Both the position numbers and the translations under genes were made by a program. From positions 1 through 56,512 of the forward strand of contig JBFIYM010000002.1 in NCBI GenBank assembly GCA_041605395.1: 56,512 bases of DNA, read 5' to 3'. This DNA comes from Myxococcota bacterium. GTDB lineage: Bacteria; Myxococcota_A; UBA9160; UBA6930. The notes below the pieces were generated by a model. The model had not been told where the DNA came from and did not search any database. It saw only the letters and a list, made by a program, of their open reading frames with translations. Position 1 is the first letter of the stretch. Each line of letters starts with the position of its first letter. Below are positions 52,859 to 56,512 of the stretch, piece by piece.

Positions 52859-55621
52859 ATGTCCGAGGACGCGATCCGGATCGAGAACGCGCGTGCCCAC
52901 AACCTGAAGGGCGTGTCGTGTCGAATCCCGGTCGGCAGGCTCACCGTGGTGAGCGGCGTCTCGGGCTCGGGAAAGTCGAGCCTCGCCTTCGACACGCTCT
53001 ACGCCGAGGGGCAGCGGCGCTACGTCGCCTCGCTCTCGACCTACGCGCGCCAGTTCCTGGAGCGTCTGCCCCGGCCGGCGGTGGACCGCATCAGCAACCT
53101 GCCGCCCGCGATCGCGATCGAGCAGCACAACCGGGTCAGCAACGCGCGCTCGACGGTGGGCACCGCCACCGAGATCCTCGACCACCTGCGCCTGCTGTTC
53201 GCGCGGGTCGGGGAAACGCGTTGCTGCGGCAAGCCCGTGCGCCCGGGCACCGTGGAGGGCGTGACGGAACGGCTGCTGGAGCAGTACGCCGGAGGCCGCG
53301 TCACGCTCAGCGCGCCGCTTCCGCGGCGGCGCGGGGAGACGCCCAAGGCGCTGCGCGAGCGCCTGGCGCGCGAGGGCTACACGCGTCTGCTCGCGGCGGA
53401 CGGCGCGCTCCTCGACGTCACCGAGATCCCCCTGAAGGCGCTTCGGGAGGCGATGGGTCACGCGGAGCTCGTGATCGATCGCGTCGCCGTCGGGCCGGAG
53501 GCGCGCGCCCGCGTCGCCGAGGCGGTGGCGGCGGCGTTCGCCCGGGAGGGAGAGGTGCGGGCCACGACCCCGGCCGGCGAGCGACGCAGCCATCGCGCCG
53601 GCTTCGCCTGCGAAGAGTGCGGCCGGCGCCATCCGACGCCGGAGCCGGCGCTGTTCTCCTTCAACAGCCCGCTCGGCGCCTGCGAGGCCTGCCACGGCTT
53701 CGGTCGAACGCAGGCGCTCGACCTCGAGCGCGTCGTGCCCGACCCGGAGCGCACCCTCGCGGGTGGGGCGATCGCGCCGTTCCAGACGCCCAGCGGCCGG
53801 GGCTGCCAGCGGGACCTGATGAAGGCGGCGAAGGCTGCCCGCATCCCGACCGGCGTGCCGTGGCAGGCCCTCGACGCCGCGCAACGCGCCTGGGTCGTCG
53901 AGGGGGACGAGGACGACTGGTACGGCGTGCGCGGCTACTTCGAGTACCTGGAGTCGCGGCGCTACAAGGTGCAGGCACGCGTCACCATCGCGCGCTATCG
54001 GCGCTTCGACCCCTGCGAGCGCTGCGGCGGCACCCGGCTGCGACCGGAGGCGCTCTGCGTGTTCGTGGGCGGACGCTCGCTCGGCGAGATCGCGCGCCTC
54101 TCGATCGCCGAGCTCGAGGACTGGCTCGCCGGCCTCACGCTCGACCCGGCCGGGGCGGCACGCGGCGGGCGCCTGCTGGCCGGGCTCCGGGCGCGGGTGG
54201 GTACCGCGCGCGAGGTGGGGCTCGGCTACCTCTCGTTGGAACGCCAGGTGCGCACCCTCTCCGGCGGCGAGGCGCAGCGCATCCAGCTGGCGACGGCGCT
54301 GGGCGGGGCGCTCACCGGCACGCTCTACGTCCTCGACGAGCCGTCCGTCGGGCTCCACGCCCGCGACGTCGACCGGCTGCTGCGCGTGCTGCATGCGATC
54401 CGGGACCAGGGCAACACGGTCGTCGTCGTGGAGCACGCGGCCGAGATCGTGCGCGCCGCCGACCACGTCATCGATCTGGGCCCGGGGGCCGGGCGGCACG
54501 GCGGCGAGGTCGTGGCGGAGGGCCCGGTCGCGGCGCTCGAGCGCTCGGAGGCGTCGCTCACGGGGCAGCTGCTGGCGGGCCGGTTCCAGGTCTCGCGCAA
54601 GCCGCGGCCCGAGGCGCGCGGCTTCCTGCGCCTCCTCGGCGCGACGGCGCACAACCTCGATGACGTGGACGTCGACATCCCGCTCGGCCAGCTCGTGGTG
54701 GTGACGGGCGTCTCCGGGGCGGGCAAGACCAGTCTGGTGCGGTCGGTGCTGGTGGGCCAGCTGCGCCGCGACCCCGAGCGCGGGGCCTGTCGTGCACTCG
54801 AGGGGGCCGAGCAGATCGACGAGGTCGTGCTCGTCGAGCCGACGCCGCCCGCGCGCAGCCTGCGCTCGAACCCGGCCACGCTGTCCAAGGCCTTCGACGG
54901 CATCCGCCGCCGTCTGGCGGCCACGCCGGAGGCGCGTCGTCAGGGGCTCACGGCCGGATGGTTCTCCTTCAACGTGGCGGGCGGTCGCTGCGAGGCCTGT
55001 GAGGGAAGCGGCGAGACCGTCGTCGACATGCAGTTCCTCGAGGACGTGCGCATCCCGTGCGAGAGCTGCGGGGGGCGCCGCTACCGCAAGGAGGCCGAGG
55101 CGATCCGGCTCGAGGGCCGCAGCGTGAGCGAGCTGCTCGACCTCACCATCGAGGAAGCGCGCGTGCTCTTTGCGGGGGACGCCGCGATCGCCGGGCGGCT
55201 CGAGCCCTTCGCGCGGGTGGGCCTCGGCTATCTGGCGCTCGCACAGCCGCTCTCGACGCTGTCCGGCGGAGAGCTCCAGCGTCTGCGCGTGGCGATGGCG
55301 CTCGGGGCGGAGCGCCCCGGCTCGAAGGGAGGCTCCGCCTCGCGGGGGCTCTACGTGCTCGACGAGCCGACCACGGGTCTGCACGCGAGCGAGGTGCAGG
55401 TGCTGCTCGACTGCCTCGAGGAGCTGCTCGACGGCGGCGCCAGCGTGATCGTGGTCGAGCACAACCTCGACGTGATCCGGCTCGCCGACCACGTGATCGA
55501 CCTCGGCCCCGAGGGCGGACCGGGCGGCGGGCGCATCGTCGCCGAGGGGCCGCCCGAGGCGATCGCGGCCGCGCGCCGCAGCCACACGGGGAGGGCGCTA
55601 AGGGCGGTGCTCCCGGCGTGA
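52859..55621 (+). CDS. uvrA: excinuclease ABC subunit A family ATPase (UvrA or UvrA paralog)
   Basis: The 920-aa product has '[24 protein letters not shown]', two ABC signature/Walker B sets ('[23 protein letters not shown]', '[23 protein letters not shown]') and zinc modules 'CEECG', 'CEACHG', 'CERCGG', 'CEACEG..CESCGG'. The region between residues ~300 and 400 looks shortened relative to E. coli UvrA. Confidence 0.9.
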   Translation: MSEDAIRIENARAHNLKGVSCRIPVGRLTVVSGVSGSGKSSLAFDTLYAEGQRRYVASLSTYARQFLERLPRPAVDRISNLPPAIAIEQHNRVSNARSTVGTATEILDHLRLLFARVGETRCCGKPVRPGTVEGVTERLLEQYAGGRVTLSAPLPRRRGETPKALRERLAREGYTRLLAADGALLDVTEIPLKALREAMGHAELVIDRVAVGPEARARVAEAVAAAFAREGEVRATTPAGERRSHRAGFACEECGRRHPTPEPALFSFNSPLGACEACHGFGRTQALDLERVVPDPERTLAGGAIAPFQTPSGRGCQRDLMKAAKAARIPTGVPWQALDAAQRAWVVEGDEDDWYGVRGYFEYLESRRYKVQARVTIARYRRFDPCERCGGTRLRPEALCVFVGGRSLGEIARLSIAELEDWLAGLTLDPAGAARGGRLLAGLRARVGTAREVGLGYLSLERQVRTLSGGEAQRIQLATALGGALTGTLYVLDEPSVGLHARDVDRLLRVLHAIRDQGNTVVVVEHAAEIVRAADHVIDLGPGAGRHGGEVVAEGPVAALERSEASLTGQLLAGRFQVSRKPRPEARGFLRLLGATAHNLDDVDVDIPLGQLVVVTGVSGAGKTSLVRSVLVGQLRRDPERGACRALEGAEQIDEVVLVEPTPPARSLRSNPATLSKAFDGIRRRLAATPEARRQGLTAGWFSFNVAGGRCEACEGSGETVVDMQFLEDVRIPCESCGGRRYRKEAEAIRLEGRSVSELLDLTIEEARVLFAGDAAIAGRLEPFARVGLGYLALAQPLSTLSGGELQRLRVAMALGAERPGSKGGSASRGLYVLDEPTTGLHASEVQVLLDCLEELLDGGASVIVVEHNLDVIRLADHVIDLGPEGGPGGGRIVAEGPPEAIAAARRSHTGRALRAVLPA

Positions 55622-56454
55622 CGGAAGCCGCGCCGCCGGTGCCCCGCCCGGTCGGCGCCGTCACCCTCACGCTGCTGGCGTGGGCGACGGCCACGATCTT
55701 CTGGGCCGCCCTGGTCGCAGCCGCCGGCCACTGGGTCGCCCTCGCGGTGGGCCTCGTCGCCGGCTACGGCGGGATCGGCACGCTCGCCGCGCGCAGCGTG
55801 CCTCCCCCCGCCGACGCCCGCATCGGCCTGCGCGGCTTCGCGCCCTCCCACGTGGCCGCGCTGGCGCTGCTGCTGCCGGCGGTGCTCCTGACCAGCGAGA
55901 TCGACAACTGGGTGCGGCCCCTGGTCCCGCCGCTCGCCCCGCCCGCCGAGGGCGCGCCCCCGCCCCCGGACGCGGAGCTGCTCCCCTACCTGGCGATCGA
56001 GTTCGCCATCGCAAGCGTGCTGCTGCGCCCGGTGCTCGAGGAGTTCTTCTTCCGCGGCGTGGTCCAGCAGGGCGTCGTCCAAGCGCTCGGCCCACGGCGC
56101 GGGGTCGCCCTCACCACGCTCTGCTTCGCGCTGGCGGCGGGTGGCTTCGCCCTGCCCATGGGTCCCGAGCTCGCGGCGTCGGCCGCGGCCCAGGCGCTCT
56201 TCCTCGGCCCCCTGCTCGGCCTGCTCCGCCTCTCCAGCGGGTCCGTCCTCTCGCCGATGCTGGCCCAGATCGGCCTCGCGGTGACCGGCACGCTGGCCGT
56301 GGCCGCCCGCGAGACGCTCCCCATCCCGGGCTTCAACACCGAGGACGGCCACACCCCGCTGGCCTGGCTGCTCCCCGCCGCGCTCTCGGTCGCCGCCGCG
56401 GTGTGGGTGTGCGCGCGGGAGCGGCGACCGCTGCCGCCCGGGTCGGTCGCCTAG
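55618..56454 (+). CDS. CPBP (CAAX/Abi) family intramembrane glutamic endopeptidase
   Basis: The GTG start overlaps the uvrA-like stop (GTGA). The protein is polytopic, with the 'PVLEEFFFRG' motif 1 (EExxxR). Confidence 0.8.
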   Translation: MTEAAPPVPRPVGAVTLTLLAWATATIFWAALVAAAGHWVALAVGLVAGYGGIGTLAARSVPPPADARIGLRGFAPSHVAALALLLPAVLLTSEIDNWVRPLVPPLAPPAEGAPPPPDAELLPYLAIEFAIASVLLRPVLEEFFFRGVVQQGVVQALGPRRGVALTTLCFALAAGGFALPMGPELAASAAAQALFLGPLLGLLRLSSGSVLSPMLAQIGLAVTGTLAVAARETLPIPGFNTEDGHTPLAWLLPAALSVAAAVWVCARERRPLPPGSVA

Positions 56455-56512
56455 CGGGCCGGCGCCAGGAGCGACGTCGCCTCGGCCACGGCGGTCGCGA
56501 CGCGCTCCGCCG
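56451..56512 (-). CDS. 3' end of an unidentified minus-strand gene running off the window
   Basis: Reading the minus strand gives '...AERVATAVAEATSLLAPAR*' with G/C-rich third positions and a TAG at 56451-56453. Only about 20 codons are visible. Confidence 0.25.
   Translation of the reverse strand, partial: AERVATAVAEATSLLAPAR

Noticed and set aside
52598-55585. 995-aa ORF on the minus strand. Similar very long ORFs occur at 34520-37414 (-), 7700-10522 (-), 833-2581 (-), 18114-20084 (-), 2262-4427 (+), 41648-44761 (+) and 8011-9876 (+).
   Set aside because: Each lies antisense to, or out of frame with, a gene that has clear family motifs. Their translations are Arg/Ala/Pro/Gly-rich low-complexity strings, typical of shadow ORFs in very high-GC DNA.
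1-56512. CRISPR arrays, rRNA genes, IS elements and large dispersed repeats.
   Set aside because: No regularly spaced repeat array, rRNA-like sequence or transposase-like ORF was seen in either strand. The only repeats found are the short tandem duplications reported above.

Overview
This is a very G+C-rich bacterial chromosomal segment that is almost fully coding, with about 55 genes. The features point to a Gram-negative organism: lipoboxes, a DUF481 outer-membrane barrel and a PEP-CTERM sorting signal. All product calls come from motifs read by eye in the supplied translations. No homology search was run.

Gene order:
- 1-10.6 kb: envelope and secreted enzymes. These are a 5'-truncated penicillin-acylase-family gene, two TPR-tailed PMT/GT39-type membrane glycosyltransferases flanking a sulfatase-like lipoprotein and tRNA-Lys(UUU), an SDR, and a CocE/NonD lipoprotein hydrolase.
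- 10.6-13 kb: two acyl-CoA dehydrogenases, one of them gcdH-like.
- 13-15.2 kb: a molybdenum-hydroxylase maturation set (split XdhC, MocA-like, CoxG-like) with no structural subunits in the window.
- 15.2-20.4 kb: a DUF481 outer-membrane protein, a Zn-ADH plus family III CoA-transferase pair, and an ECF sigma / zf-HC2 anti-sigma pair.
- 20.6-30 kb: a TetR-associated acyl-CoA catabolic island. It holds two AMP-ligases, a double hot-dog hydratase, an SDR, an alpha/beta-type ACAD pair and an LLM oxidoreductase.
- 30-35.5 kb: a gapless minus-strand string of DUF3604, a parvulin-like protein, HupE/UreJ, an LLM, a small acidic ORF and mtgA.
- 35.6-41 kb: ilvD, ilvBN and argE-like.
- 41.1-44.3 kb: a minimal PEP-CTERM protein, a PD-(D/E)xK nuclease fused to an XPD/DinG helicase, and a low-GC structured non-coding island.
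- 44.3-50.3 kb: a DUF1214-like gene, a sulfotransferase, an OYE/FadH-like reductase, a hypothetical membrane protein and an SDR.
- 50.3-56.5 kb: a divergent tRNA-Ala(GGC)/tRNA-Leu(CAA) pair, a small secreted protein, a MoeB-rhodanese gene, two tiny ORFs, and a UvrA-family ATPase whose stop overlaps the start of a CPBP/Abi protease.

I found no transposase, integrase, CRISPR array or rRNA.

The most unusual observations:
- An 83-codon ORF lies in frame with the nuclease-helicase gene, separated only by a TGA and 14 coding-like codons. It sits next to a low-GC hairpin-rich island carrying the only canonical intrinsic terminator in the window.
- The UvrA-like and CPBP genes are coupled by a GTGA overlap.
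- The DUF3604/HupE string is gapless.
- Two independent 29-bp tandem duplications sit exactly at gene 3' ends.
- A palindromic operator is shared between two divergent promoters of the TetR island.
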